Shown here in pieces: positions 37,416 to 47,935 of a DNA stretch of 64,000 bases (positions are counted from its first letter, which is position 1; each line of letters begins with the position of its first letter). The translations under genes were made by a program, and so were the position numbers. Origin of the DNA: Candidatus Palauibacter sp. (lineage in GTDB: Bacteria > Gemmatimonadota > Gemmatimonadetes > Palauibacterales > Palauibacteraceae); the NCBI RefSeq assembly GCF_965197445.1, contig NZ_CBDANE010000005.1, forward strand, positions 139,877-203,876, in the 5' to 3' direction. The notes beneath the pieces are model-generated. The model saw only the letters and a program-made list of their open reading frames with translations, ran no database searches and was not told the DNA's origin.

Positions 37416-39904
37416 GATCCGGCTCCTCCCGTCCTTCCACTCTCACCCTCGTGGCGTGCACCCGCCTGCTCGTCCACGACGGGCGCGGGGCGCGCCATCC
37501 GGAAGGCGTCGCTGTTCACGACCCCGAGGATGAAGGAGGACATCCGGTAGTCGTTCGCTTCCGCTTCATGTGTAATGGTCCGGATTCCGGGCTGGTCGAA
37601 GTACTCCGCGCGCCGCCCGATCGCATACGCGAGGAGGTGCGCCGTGAAGTTCCGGACCAGCGGGATCGGCCGCTTCATGAGCACGTCGACGAGTTCCGCG
37701 GGCGTGCTCACATCGGTCCCGTCGTAGAAGGTACCGCGGGTGTCGAGCGGGACGCCGTTCTCCCGGATCCGCACTCGTCCCGTCACATCGTAGTTGTCGA
37801 GCGCGAGTCCGATCGGGTCCATGAACCTGTGACAGGAGCGACACGTCGGATTGGCGCGGTGGATTTCCAGTCGTTCTCGGGTCGTGAGCAGCCGCCCCCC
37901 CTGTGCCGATTCCGTCTCATCGAACGCGGGGATATTGGGCGGCGGCGGGGGCGGCGGGGTGCCCATGAGCACCTCCATCACCCACTTGCCGCGCAGGACC
38001 GGCGAGGTCCGCGCCGACATGGACGTCAGGAGCAGCACGCTCCCGTGACCCAGGACGCCGCGCCGGCTGTCGTCCGGATAGGGAACGCGCCGGAACTCGG
38101 GCCCCGAAACGCCCGGGATCCCGTAGTGAACCGCGAGCCGTTCGTTGAGGAAGGTGTAGTCCGCCGTGAACAGTTCCAGCAGGCTTCGGTCCTCGCGCAC
38201 GAGCCGGTCGAAGAGGAGTTGTGTCTCCCGCACCAGGTCCTCGCGCAGCTGGCCCGTGAAATCCGGGTACAGGTAAGGCTCGGGCTGGTTGTCTTCCGCA
38301 TCCTGCAGCCGCAGCCACTGCGAGGCGAAGCGGACGGAGAGCGCCTCCGCGCGCGAGTCCGACAGCATCCGCCTCACCTGAGATTCCAGAACCGCCGGGT
38401 CCGAGAGCCGCCCTTCCGCGGCGATGCCCCGCAACTCGTCATCCGGGACCGTCGCCCAGAGGAAGAAGGAGAGGCGCGAGGCAAGATCGAGATCGTCGAT
38501 CGCGTAGCTCTCGCCGGCGACCGTCTCTTCCGGCGCCCGCTCGAGACGGAAGATGAAGGACGGGCCGGCGAGGATCGCCTGGAGCGCGGTGCGGACCCCG
38601 GCCTCGAACCCGTCTTCCGCCACCGCCTGATCGTAGAACGACATCGGACCCGCCAGGTCCTGTTCCGTGACCGGACGCCGGTACGCTTCGCGCGCGAGCC
38701 GCGAGACGATTCCCCTCGCGCAGGCGCGCGCTTCCGAGGGGATCTCCGCCGCTGGCCGCGCGGGATGGCATTGGAAGAGCTTGCGGCGGCTCGCCGTCTC
38801 GGAGACGCCCGCCCCGCGACGCGGCCCGGTGATCATCAGATCGCTCAGATGGGGCAGCGCCGTGATCCCGTAGTTCGCCCACGCCTGCGAATCCTCGCCC
38901 CCGACGAACGACCAGCCCGGGGTCTTGAGGCGGTCTTCGTACGGTCCCTCGATGGTCCGCACGAACGCCGCGGCGATCTGCCTCTGGCCCGCTCGCACGA
39001 AGATCGGCTCCGTCCGGATCGGGAAGGTCGAGCGGGCGCCGTGCTCGAGGCCGAGGAGCGCGACGCCCTCGCCGTCGATCGAGATGTCGACATCCTGGAA
39101 TCCCGTCCCCTGGCCGAAGAGCGTCTCGATCGTGAACACGTACTCCCCGTCCACCGGAAAATCGTGAGTCACCACCATCCCGCCGCGCGTCCCGTATGGA
39201 GTGCCCTCGAGGTGATCCCAGGCATGCTGAGAGACGTCGATCGGATTCGTGTACTTGGCGGAACGGGACCGGGCGTCCGGGTTCCCGACGGCGAGCCGGC
39301 TCACCTCGGTGGCTGCCCGCAGGTAGGCTTCGAGCAGGGTGGTCGAAAGCCCCTGGGCGTCGGACATGTTGTCGAAGGCGCCCAGGTAGGTGTCCGCCGG
39401 GAGCCAGCGGCTCGCGTCGATCTCGAGGTCGAGGAGGTCGCGGATCACGCGCTCGTACTCGGCCCGGTTCAGCCGCTGGAAGCGCCGCGAGCCGGGGTTC
39501 CGGTCCAACGCGGCGTCGCGGTCGACCACCATCTCCAGTGTCTCGACGAGGGCGAGCAGCGTGTCCGGCGACGGCCGGCGCTGGCCGGGCGGCGGCATCA
39601 TCCCGGCCCGCAGCTTCCGGATCATCTTCTCCGCAGTCGGCGCCCGTTCGTGCGCCGCATCGACGTCGAACGTCTCCAGGATGAGGTTCCCGCGCAGCAG
39701 CCGGTCATTGTGGCAGCGGGCGCAGTAGCGCTGGACCACAGCGGTCAGATCCGCCGTGTCGGCGAGGGCAGCCACGTCGTGCTCCGGGAGGGGTGCCGCG
39801 GGTCCCGGACCGGGCGCACGGTCCCCCGCGGGCTGCCCCATGAGGGCGAACCACAACCACAGAACCGCACTCGCACCCAATGTCTTCACACGCCCGTCCT
39901 TCAA
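37412..39904 (-). CDS. DUF1592/DUF1595/DUF1587/DUF1588/DUF1585 multi-domain protein with a cytochrome-c-like CxxCH motif
   Basis: CARCHND near the N-terminus (PSCyt-like). Long all-alpha body with a C-terminal CRSCH. Coupled to the DUF1552 gene with a 4-bp overlap. Confidence 0.7.
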   Translation of the reverse strand: MKDGRVKTLGASAVLWLWFALMGQPAGDRAPGPGPAAPLPEHDVAALADTADLTAVVQRYCARCHNDRLLRGNLILETFDVDAAHERAPTAEKMIRKLRAGMMPPPGQRRPSPDTLLALVETLEMVVDRDAALDRNPGSRRFQRLNRAEYERVIRDLLDLEIDASRWLPADTYLGAFDNMSDAQGLSTTLLEAYLRAATEVSRLAVGNPDARSRSAKYTNPIDVSQHAWDHLEGTPYGTRGGMVVTHDFPVDGEYVFTIETLFGQGTGFQDVDISIDGEGVALLGLEHGARSTFPIRTEPIFVRAGQRQIAAAFVRTIEGPYEDRLKTPGWSFVGGEDSQAWANYGITALPHLSDLMITGPRRGAGVSETASRRKLFQCHPARPAAEIPSEARACARGIVSRLAREAYRRPVTEQDLAGPMSFYDQAVAEDGFEAGVRTALQAILAGPSFIFRLERAPEETVAGESYAIDDLDLASRLSFFLWATVPDDELRGIAAEGRLSDPAVLESQVRRMLSDSRAEALSVRFASQWLRLQDAEDNQPEPYLYPDFTGQLREDLVRETQLLFDRLVREDRSLLELFTADYTFLNERLAVHYGIPGVSGPEFRRVPYPDDSRRGVLGHGSVLLLTSMSARTSPVLRGKWVMEVLMGTPPPPPPPNIPAFDETESAQGGRLLTTRERLEIHRANPTCRSCHRFMDPIGLALDNYDVTGRVRIRENGVPLDTRGTFYDGTDVSTPAELVDVLMKRPIPLVRNFTAHLLAYAIGRRAEYFDQPGIRTITHEAEANDYRMSSFILGVVNSDAFRMARPAPVVDEQAGARHEGESGRTGGAGS

Positions 39905-40018
39905 CGCCGACGGATCACAGTGCCTCGCAACCGTTGAACCTAGGAAACGCGATCTCCACGGGCCACGGCGGTACCGACACCGTAGCGCGTCGTGGAGTTC
40001 GCTACGGGCGAGATCCGC

Positions 40019-42910
40019 CTAGCGCCTCCACTGTTCCGCCGCCGGGAGACCTCGGGAGATAAGGACCTCGAGGTCGGCAACGTCGGGGAGAATGGACGCG
40101 ATGGAGGCCGGATCCGCTGCGGCTCCGGCAAGCGCTGCGAGGCCACCATTGAGGCTCGTGAGGTCGCGCAGGATCCCGCGTACACGACGGGTCTGTGGAT
40201 CGCGGAGGAGAGCTGCCGGGGGACCACTCGCATCGCTCAGCGTCGCCGTCCCTCCGGGCCCGACCAGTACGATCGCTGCCAGTCGGTCCGCCCACATCGG
40301 CGACGCGGGAAGCGCGAGCGCGAATCCCGACTCCCCATCGCCGTCCGCCATTTCCTGCATATCGAAGTGGAGCGAGAACAACTCCTCTTCCTCGGCGGTC
40401 GTTCCGAGAATCACGTAGGGACCCGTGGATCGAGGAAGCGTCGGGGGAGCGTCGACCACGAACGCGGGCTCAAGGAACGGTACACCGTCGGAGTCGGCGC
40501 CGCCCCATAGCAGGATAGTCGGCGCGGCGTTGGTCGACGCGGCCTCCGTTCCGTCTTCCGCATGAAGGCGGTGACCGAACGCTTTGCTGAAGCTGAAATC
40601 GCCGATCCAGCGTGGCCGGCAGTAGGACATCAAGTCCGGCGTGTCGGGAGCGACGAGTGAACTGTCGGAGCTGTCGAAACCCCACGCGGCAGTCGTGCCA
40701 TCGCTCGTCGGGAAGGCGGGATCAGGACTGGGGGCGAAACCGCAGGGGGCATGCCGGAGGCTCATGTTGTGTCCGAGTTCATGCGCGACGGTGGTGGAGT
40801 CGAGCGCCGCGATGGAGCTCCAGCCGGAGAGAAGCGCCCGACCCCCTATGTCAAGCCTTTGCACCAGATCGCCGGGCAGCCCGCCCATGTAGTAGCCCGC
40901 CCCGCCCTCCAGCACGCGAATCGCCTCGATCTCCCGGAGTAACTGAACACTCGTCTCCGCCCGGCTGAATACGAAGTCCTTTATGACCAGCGTGAAGTCG
41001 GCAACGGGCAACCACTCCCGGGCAGATCGGAACAGCCGATCGTCTTGCGTCAGATTCCGTACACGACGTATGAACTCGGCGTCCGTTCCGAAGACCGGCA
41101 AGTATGTGAGTTGCAGCGGGGGCACAACTCTTACATCGAGTACCTGCCGACCGGTTTCCGGGATCCGCCTCGTAATCCGGTTGCCGAGGCCGAGCGTTTC
41201 GTCCGGGTCGACCTGCACAACGAGTTCCAGGCCGGGTTGAAGGACTTCGGCCGGGATCGCGACGTCTGCTGACGCTTCGAGTCTACCTTCCTCGACCCGG
41301 GACGGAACCGTCCCCGGGGCTCCCGGAATGTCGACTCTGTGCACCTCCGCGGCCCCCAGATAGAACCGCGCGCGCACCGGCGGAAACGGCACCGATTCCC
41401 CATCCGGAGCGGTAAGGAACACCCGAAGGAGGGCCGATCGATCCGCCACCAGGGGGACCGGAAACTCGAGCGATTGCACTGCCTGGGTGAGGTAGACGGG
41501 CGACGCGTCGCGCTCGCAGCGAGCGACGCGCTGATCCTGCAGAGTCCAGAGCCAGACCCGGAAGTCGGGATCCGGGGGGGCACACAGGGACGTGCCGCCG
41601 GCATGCAGCGTCGTGAGGTGTCCGAGATCCTTGAGACCTGTTGGAAGAAAACCCGACAGGCGAGTGTTCGCGTTCACGTACAGTTCCCTCAGCGCGACGA
41701 GACTGGACAGTTCCGCCGGGACCGGGCCGGACAGGTAGTTCTGCGCGAGAGAGAGGTGTTCGAGGAGCGTCAGGTTGCCCAGACTGGCCGGGATGGGGCC
41801 CGTGAGATCGTTGTCCTCCAGCCACAATTCAGTGAGCGCTCCGAGGTTTCCGAGTTCGGAGGGGATCGAGCCCGCCAGGTCGTTGGACCACAGCCCCAGG
41901 ATCTGGAGTTCCGAGAGCTTGCCGATCTCCGGAGGGATCGATCCAGTCAGATCGTTACGGTTGGCATAAAACTCCGTGAGCCTGGAGAGGTTGCCGATCT
42001 CGGGTGGGATGGGGCCCGTCAGGTCGTTGTGCCCCAGGTACAGGATCCGGAGCTCGGAGAGTTCGCCGAGTTCCGGCGGGATCGGGCCCGACAGGTTGTT
42101 ACTCCACAGCGACAGCGTGTCGAGTCCGGACAGCCGGCCCAGTCCCGGAGGGATTGAGTCTCTCAGAACGTTGTGCTCGAGCCTCAGCCGCTTGAGCGCC
42201 GCGAGGTTTCCGAGTTCGGAGGGGATCGAGCCCGAGAGGTGGTTGGACCACAGCCCCAGGGCGCGGAGTTCCGACAGCCTGCCGATCTCCGGCCGAATCG
42301 GACCCAACAGCATGTTGTCGTTTAGGTACAACTCGGTGAGCCTGGTCAGGCTGCCGATTCCGGCCGGGATCTGGCCCTGGAGACCATTCTCGGCGAGCAC
42401 GAGCTTGCTTACGCGGCCATCGGCGTCGACGTCGACCCCATACCAGTCGGCGAGCGGTGCGTCGCTGAGCCAGTTGCTCCCGTTCTTCCAACCTGTACCG
42501 TTCGTCGCCTCGTACAGGCCGACCAGTACCTCTCGGTCAGCTAGTCGGTCGTTTACGGTCACGGCCGCCATCGCTGTAAGGGCGTCGACTGTCGCCGTGA
42601 TCGTGGCTCTTCCCCACTGGACGGCCGTGACGAGCCCCGTCTCGTCGACCGTCGCCGTAGAGGGATCACTCGACCGCCAGGTGGCCGTGGTGCCGACCAT
42701 GGCTTGGTCGTACTGGTCGCGCGCCGTCGCGGTGAATTGGAGGGTATCGCCTTGTCTCAACACGGCGATGGGCGGGGAGACCGTGATCGATGTCGGTACG
42801 GGGGGCGGCGGTAGTTGAGGAGGTGGAGGCTGCGTGGGGTCGGCGTCGCCGCACCCCAGGAGAGGCAGGACGAAGAGAGCGCGGGCGCGAAACCTGCCGA
42901 CGTGTCTCAT
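40019..42910 (-). CDS. Multi-domain lipoprotein: Big_2 Ig-like domain, about ten plant-type leucine-rich repeats, and a C-terminal zincin metalloprotease domain
   Basis: Lipobox LPLLGC. Big_2-like segment TSITVSPPIAVLRQGDTLQFTATARD...ATVDETGLVTAV. LRR units LxxLxLxxNxLxGxIPxELGNL repeated about ten times. HELGHNMSLRH is a HExxHxxxxxH motif. Confidence 0.8.
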   Translation of the reverse strand: MRHVGRFRARALFVLPLLGCGDADPTQPPPPQLPPPPVPTSITVSPPIAVLRQGDTLQFTATARDQYDQAMVGTTATWRSSDPSTATVDETGLVTAVQWGRATITATVDALTAMAAVTVNDRLADREVLVGLYEATNGTGWKNGSNWLSDAPLADWYGVDVDADGRVSKLVLAENGLQGQIPAGIGSLTRLTELYLNDNMLLGPIRPEIGRLSELRALGLWSNHLSGSIPSELGNLAALKRLRLEHNVLRDSIPPGLGRLSGLDTLSLWSNNLSGPIPPELGELSELRILYLGHNDLTGPIPPEIGNLSRLTEFYANRNDLTGSIPPEIGKLSELQILGLWSNDLAGSIPSELGNLGALTELWLEDNDLTGPIPASLGNLTLLEHLSLAQNYLSGPVPAELSSLVALRELYVNANTRLSGFLPTGLKDLGHLTTLHAGGTSLCAPPDPDFRVWLWTLQDQRVARCERDASPVYLTQAVQSLEFPVPLVADRSALLRVFLTAPDGESVPFPPVRARFYLGAAEVHRVDIPGAPGTVPSRVEEGRLEASADVAIPAEVLQPGLELVVQVDPDETLGLGNRITRRIPETGRQVLDVRVVPPLQLTYLPVFGTDAEFIRRVRNLTQDDRLFRSAREWLPVADFTLVIKDFVFSRAETSVQLLREIEAIRVLEGGAGYYMGGLPGDLVQRLDIGGRALLSGWSSIAALDSTTVAHELGHNMSLRHAPCGFAPSPDPAFPTSDGTTAAWGFDSSDSSLVAPDTPDLMSYCRPRWIGDFSFSKAFGHRLHAEDGTEAASTNAAPTILLWGGADSDGVPFLEPAFVVDAPPTLPRSTGPYVILGTTAEEEELFSLHFDMQEMADGDGESGFALALPASPMWADRLAAIVLVGPGGTATLSDASGPPAALLRDPQTRRVRGILRDLTSLNGGLAALAGAAADPASIASILPDVADLEVLISRGLPAAEQWRR

Positions 42911-42913
42911 CCG

Positions 42914-44164
42914 CTACCGTCGGCCGACGGGCACCAGTCTCACGATGCCGGTCGGCGGGCCGTCCACATCCCGCGTCTCTCCATCGATGGCCAGGTAAAT
43001 GAACCCGTCCGGACCCTGCCGTACGTCGCGGATGCGGCCGATACCCTGTAGCAGCGTCTCCTCGTGCGTTACTTCGCGTCCTTCCATCCGCAGCCGCGCG
43101 AGACGCCGCCCGCTCAGCCCGCCGACGATCATGTCCCCGCGCCACTCGGGGAAGGCCTCGCCGGTGTAGAAGAGCATCCCGGAGACGCCGATCGACGGGA
43201 CCCAGATGTAGTCCGGCGGTTCCATGCCCTCCATGAGGGTTCCGGAGTGGATGCGCGCGCCGGTCCGGTAGTTCACGCCGTAGCCCACGACGGGCCAGCC
43301 GTAGTTGAGGCCGGGCTCGATCAGGTTCAGTTCGTCCCCGCCCTGCGGGCCGTGTTCATTCTGCCACAGCTCGCCCGTCTCCGGATGGACCGCCATCCCC
43401 TGCGCGTTCCGGTGGCCCCACGTCCAGATCTCGGGGTGGATCCCGTCGCGGCCCACGAACGGGTTGTCCTCCGGGATCCGACCATCGTCGTGGATGCGGA
43501 TCGTGCTTCCGTTGTGATTGGAGAGATCCTGCGCCGGGTGCGCCTCCAGGTCGCCGGCCGAAGGCCATTGCCGGTCGCCCAGCGTCATGAACAGGTAGTC
43601 GCCATGGTCGAAGACGAGCCGCCCGCCCCACATCGAGCTTCGATCCGTCCCGTTTCCGAACGCGTCCGCGTGGAACAGTTCCTCGACATCGGTCAGACGG
43701 TCGTTCTCGAACCGGCCCCGGGCGATGGCGATCGTGCCCAGCGAATCCGGACCCGGTCTCACGTAGCTCAGGTAGAGCAGCCGGTTCGTCGCAAAGTCCG
43801 GGTGAAGGATCGCGTCGCGCAGCCCGGCCTGCTCGAAGCCGCTCATGGAGCGCGCGCCGCGGCCCAGCGCCCGGATCGGAGGCAGGCCCTCCACGGAATC
43901 GGGCAGGAGGAAGCCATCGCGGATGATGCGGAGCCGGCCCGGCCGCTCGGTGACGAGCAGGTCGCCCTCCGGCGTGAAGACCATCGAGAACGGGCGCACG
44001 AGGCCGTCCGCCACCTCCTCGACCCGGAAATCGTGGAGCGCCGTCTGGATGTCGCCGCCGGCTGCCCCTCCCGCGTCGCCCGCGGCACACCCCGCGAATG
44101 GCAGAAGCAGTAGCAGGAAAGAGGTGCGTTCGAAGCTTTGCAGGGTGCGGGGGATATGGGTCAT
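42914..44164 (-). CDS. PQQ-dependent sugar dehydrogenase (soluble glucose/sorbosone dehydrogenase family)
   Basis: Signal/lipobox LLLLPFAGC. Motifs HNGSTIRIHDDG, WTWGHRNAQGMAVHPETGELWQNEHGPQGGDELNLIEPGLNYGWP and GFIYLAIDG. Confidence 0.85.
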   Translation of the reverse strand: MTHIPRTLQSFERTSFLLLLLPFAGCAAGDAGGAAGGDIQTALHDFRVEEVADGLVRPFSMVFTPEGDLLVTERPGRLRIIRDGFLLPDSVEGLPPIRALGRGARSMSGFEQAGLRDAILHPDFATNRLLYLSYVRPGPDSLGTIAIARGRFENDRLTDVEELFHADAFGNGTDRSSMWGGRLVFDHGDYLFMTLGDRQWPSAGDLEAHPAQDLSNHNGSTIRIHDDGRIPEDNPFVGRDGIHPEIWTWGHRNAQGMAVHPETGELWQNEHGPQGGDELNLIEPGLNYGWPVVGYGVNYRTGARIHSGTLMEGMEPPDYIWVPSIGVSGMLFYTGEAFPEWRGDMIVGGLSGRRLARLRMEGREVTHEETLLQGIGRIRDVRQGPDGFIYLAIDGETRDVDGPPTGIVRLVPVGRR

Positions 44165-44249
44165 CGCAGGCTCGGTCTCGTCCGTGTACACGCAAGTAAT
44201 CGGGCTCCTATACTAATGGCGTCCCAGCAGAGCCTGACAGGAGGTTGAA

Positions 44250-45560
44250 ATGCGTCGAACCACGAGATCCCCATCGGTCACCCTCGCCCGCCTTGCGCTC
44301 TTCCTTCCGGCCGCCGGGCTGCTGGCGGGCTGCGCGTCGGACAGCGGCGGAGATGGCGGCGGCGCGGTCGTGTACGAGGGTGCCCGCGTGATCGCGGGCG
44401 ACGGCTCGGTCATCGAATCCGCCGTGTTCGTCGTCGAAGACGGGCAGTTCGCGGCCGTCGGAGCAAGCGGCGAAGTCGAGGTGCCGGACGAGGCCGAGCG
44501 GGTGGATCTCGCCGGGAAGACCGTCATGCCGGCGATCGTGAACGCGCATATCCACCTCGCCTCCGAGCGTGATGAACGAACCGCGCAGCTCCGGCACATG
44601 GCCTACTACGGGGCCGGGGCCGTCGTGAGCCTCGGCACGGAGAGCGGGAACGCCGGGCTGGAGATGCGTGACGAACTCGTGCCGGACGCCGCCCGTTCGA
44701 AGACGGCCGGCCGCGGCATCACGATGCCGGAGCCCGGCCGCTCCGATGTCCCCTACTGGATCGAGACGGAGGAAGAGGCGCGCACCGCGGTTCGGGAGTT
44801 GGCCGAGCGGCAGGTCGACATCGTCAAGATCTGGGTGGACGACCGCGGGGGGCAGTACGAGAGACTCTCCCCGGAACTCTACGGCGCGATCATCGACGAG
44901 GCGCACCAGCACGGGCTCATGGTGACGGCCCACGTCTTCTACCTGGAAGACGCCAAGGGGCTGCTCGAGGCGGGGATCGATGTCTTCGCCCACGGTGTGC
45001 GCGACCTCGACGCCGACGACGAACTGATGGCACTCTGGGCCGAGCGTCCGGAGGTAGTCCTCGTCCCCAACCTCCCGGGTCCCGGAGTCGCGCTCGACCT
45101 GAGCTGGCTGAACGGCACCGTACCCGCCGAGCAGCTCGCCGAGATGCAGGCGGCGTCCGCCGACAATCCCGCCGCGCAGGAGTCGTTCGGCATTCAGGCA
45201 CGCAACCTGGCCCGCTTCGCCGCGGCCGGCGTGAACATCGCCTTCGGCACGGACGGCAACGCGGCCTGGGCGCCTCACCAGGAGATGGAGGACATGGTCC
45301 GATCCGGCATGACGGCCGGAGACGTGATCGTGGCCGCGACGAAGACCTCCGCCGACCTGATGAACTGGAACGAACTCGGCCAAATCGCGGCGGGCAAGAG
45401 CGCCGACTTCATCGTTCTCGGGGCGAACCCGCTGGAGGACATCACGAACACGCGGCAGATCGACGCCGTCTACCTGCGGGGGACAATGGTCGATCGGGAG
45501 GGGATCAGCGCCCGCATGCTCGGCGCGGAACCGAGTGCGGGCCCGGAAACCGGTCGATGA
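44250..45560 (+). CDS. Amidohydrolase family lipoprotein (metal-dependent hydrolase)
   Basis: Lipobox LLAGCAS. PAIVNAHIHLA (HxH metal ligands). FGTDGNA (the Asp ligand) in the C-terminal region. Internal His ligands. Confidence 0.8.
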   Translation: MRRTTRSPSVTLARLALFLPAAGLLAGCASDSGGDGGGAVVYEGARVIAGDGSVIESAVFVVEDGQFAAVGASGEVEVPDEAERVDLAGKTVMPAIVNAHIHLASERDERTAQLRHMAYYGAGAVVSLGTESGNAGLEMRDELVPDAARSKTAGRGITMPEPGRSDVPYWIETEEEARTAVRELAERQVDIVKIWVDDRGGQYERLSPELYGAIIDEAHQHGLMVTAHVFYLEDAKGLLEAGIDVFAHGVRDLDADDELMALWAERPEVVLVPNLPGPGVALDLSWLNGTVPAEQLAEMQAASADNPAAQESFGIQARNLARFAAAGVNIAFGTDGNAAWAPHQEMEDMVRSGMTAGDVIVAATKTSADLMNWNELGQIAAGKSADFIVLGANPLEDITNTRQIDAVYLRGTMVDREGISARMLGAEPSAGPETGR

Positions 45561-46156
45561 TCGAACTTCAACCCGTGACGCTCGAGGGCCGCGGTGTCCG
45601 CCTGGAGCCGCTGGGTCCCGAGCACGCCGACGCCCTCGCCGAGGCGGCGAAGGACGGTGAGTTGTGGAACCTCTTCTTCACCTTCGTCCCCGCGCCGGAC
45701 GAGGTGACGGACTACATCGAGACCGCCCTCGAGGGCCAGGCCGCAGGCCACATGCTGCCGTGGGCGGTCCGGCTCCTGGAGACGAGCGCCGTGATCGGAT
45801 CCACGCGCTACCACGACATCCTGCCGCACGTGGACCGGGTCGAGATCGGCTACACCTGGTACGGCGCGAGCCACCAGCGGACGCACGTCAACACCGCCTG
45901 CAAGCTCCTCCTCATGACCCACGCGTTCGAGACGGTGGGTTGCGGAGTGGTGGGACTCCGCACGGACGGCATGAACCTGCGCTCCCAGCGGGCCATCGAA
46001 GCGCTGGGCGCGCAGAAGGACGGCGTCCTCCGCAACCACTCGCTACGCCGCGACGGGAGCGTGCGCGACGACGTGATGTACTCCGTGCTCCTCCACGAAT
46101 GGCCCGCCATCAGGCAGCACCTCGAAACCCGCCTCTGGCGCCACCACGGCGGCTGA
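45557..46156 (+). CDS. GNAT family N-acetyltransferase (RimJ/RimL-like)
   Basis: VEIGYTWYGASHQRTHVNTACKLLLMTHAFETVGCGVVGLRTDGMNLRSQRAIEALG is the acetyl-CoA binding core. Confidence 0.8.
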   Translation: MIELQPVTLEGRGVRLEPLGPEHADALAEAAKDGELWNLFFTFVPAPDEVTDYIETALEGQAAGHMLPWAVRLLETSAVIGSTRYHDILPHVDRVEIGYTWYGASHQRTHVNTACKLLLMTHAFETVGCGVVGLRTDGMNLRSQRAIEALGAQKDGVLRNHSLRRDGSVRDDVMYSVLLHEWPAIRQHLETRLWRHHGG

Positions 46157-46177
46157 CGGTGGCGCCGGGCGTTCGGC

Positions 46178-46786
46178 TTACATGCCGAGCGGGATGTCGA
46201 CCTGGGTGTTTTCCCACGAGAGACGGAGCGCGCCGTCCACATGCTCGAACGTCATCATCTCGACCATCTCCGCGGTGGCCGAGGGCATCGCACTGAAGCT
46301 GCCGATCTCGGCGCTTCGGACGTCGGCGTCGATCGGGATCCCCCAGCGCTCGAAGTTCGAGTTCAGGTGAAACTCCCAACCGGCCTCGCCGGGCGTCGCA
46401 TATAGCGAGTAGCTGCCGGCCGCGAGCGCGACCCCGCCGACCGTGGCGTCCGCCGACAGGTGGAGCGTCGTCGGCTCGTTCGCCCCGACTCGCCAGACCT
46501 CGCCGAACGGGACGAGGCCGCCCATGATCTCGCGCTCGCGAGCCGATGGCGCCCCGTAGCACAGCAGGGCCTCTCCACCGCCGGCCGAGAACCGAAGCTC
46601 CTGGAGCGGGCTCTGCCGTCCCTCGACATCCCCCATCACGACACAACTCAGTTCGGCAGACGCCATTTCGGCCGCGGCCATTTCGGCCCCGGCTTCGCCC
46701 GTCTCCGCCATCTCGCCCTCACCGGATCCTCCGCCGCACCCCGCGACGAAGAAGACGGCCAGGTACCACGCATTGCTTCTCTTCAT
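46178..46786 (-). CDS. DUF2911-like lipoprotein
   Basis: Signal/lipobox AVFFVAGCGG. Recalled DUF2911 blocks (SPLQELRFSAGGGEALLCYG, RVGANEPTTLHLSADATVGGVALAAGSYSLYATP). Confidence 0.5.
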   Translation of the reverse strand: MKRSNAWYLAVFFVAGCGGGSGEGEMAETGEAGAEMAAAEMASAELSCVVMGDVEGRQSPLQELRFSAGGGEALLCYGAPSAREREIMGGLVPFGEVWRVGANEPTTLHLSADATVGGVALAAGSYSLYATPGEAGWEFHLNSNFERWGIPIDADVRSAEIGSFSAMPSATAEMVEMMTFEHVDGALRLSWENTQVDIPLGM

Positions 46787-46817
46787 CTCTTCTCCTCCCA
46801 GGTCTCTCTGCCGAGAC

Positions 46818-47867
46818 CTATTTTGTCCACACAACGATGATCCCACACCGTGATGCGGGGAACTCCGCCGGACCCGACGCCAGTCCCTTGTATACCTCGA
46901 TGCCTGCGATCTCAACCGGTTTCACGAATTCGTCCAGCGCAGCCCCCCTCGCCGGCATGCCGTCCACATAGAAACTCAGCGGACAGGCGTCGGGCGTGAA
47001 CCCAGACGACAGCCTCGTGTTTACCAGGCGGCACGTGGTACGCCGGAGGCCGCACTCGAGTCGGATGCCCGACTCGTCGGCGATCATGTGCGAGATCAGC
47101 ACCGGTCGCCGACGATCGACGTCATCCGCCGTGTAGAAGGTGCCCGTGCCGGCGAGTTCACCCCAGTACCTGCGCTCGTAGAATCCCTTGACCTCCAGCC
47201 GGCGCGACCTCATGGCCGTCGCCACGAGCGGTTCCATCTTCACCGGGTCCGGGACCAGACCGATCTCCACCTCCGTGGTAAGGCCACGTGAGATCCCGAC
47301 CATATGAGAAAGCGGAGCGTAACCGAGGTGCCGCACGGCCAGCTCCTGCATTCCGACCGGAACACCGCTGAGGACGAACCGCCCCCGGCGGTTGGTCTCG
47401 GCCACCTCCATACGACCGGGGACGGACACCGCCGCCGCGACCACCGGATCATCCGTCAGGGCGTCCCGCACCTCGCCGATCAGCCGCCCGGTCCTTACCG
47501 GCCCCGAGCGCAGCGTGAGTTCTACTTCGTGGGAGGCCCCGGCGACCAGGACGACCACCGCCTCCTCGCTGGACGTGTCCCCGAACTCGGCCCACAGCGT
47601 TGCCTGTCTCGCGTCCCGCGGAGCACAGAGAACCAGACGCCCACCGGTTCCGACATCCTCGCGCACCGGCCTTCTTACCCGCTCGGTGTCGGTCCACCGC
47701 ACGATCACGGTCGCGTTCGGAACCGGAACCGCCCCGGACTCGTCGAGGACCACCGCCCCCAGGACCGCACGGTCGTCACAGTCCGGGTCCTGGGCCGCGA
47801 GATCCCCGGCGCCAGCTCCAAATCCGAGCAGCGCAGCGAGGACGGCGCGAGGCCCTCGCCCGGTCAT
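46818..47867 (-). CDS. Carboxypeptidase-regulatory-like (CarbopepD_reg) domain protein, secreted
   Basis: Signal peptide MTGRGPRAVLAALLGFGAGAG. VRDALTDDPVVAAAVSVPGRMEVAETNRRGRFVLSGVPVG matches the CarbopepD_reg_2 consensus (G-x-V-x-D...PL-x-GA-x-V...T-x-GRF). Confidence 0.55.
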   Translation of the reverse strand: MTGRGPRAVLAALLGFGAGAGDLAAQDPDCDDRAVLGAVVLDESGAVPVPNATVIVRWTDTERVRRPVREDVGTGGRLVLCAPRDARQATLWAEFGDTSSEEAVVVLVAGASHEVELTLRSGPVRTGRLIGEVRDALTDDPVVAAAVSVPGRMEVAETNRRGRFVLSGVPVGMQELAVRHLGYAPLSHMVGISRGLTTEVEIGLVPDPVKMEPLVATAMRSRRLEVKGFYERRYWGELAGTGTFYTADDVDRRRPVLISHMIADESGIRLECGLRRTTCRLVNTRLSSGFTPDACPLSFYVDGMPARGAALDEFVKPVEIAGIEVYKGLASGPAEFPASRCGIIVVWTK

Positions 47868-47935
47868 GTTGGCAGGTTCGACATCCAGAGCGCCTCCTTT
47901 CTCCCCTCCCAAGATCAAGGAGCCGCGACGAGGGA

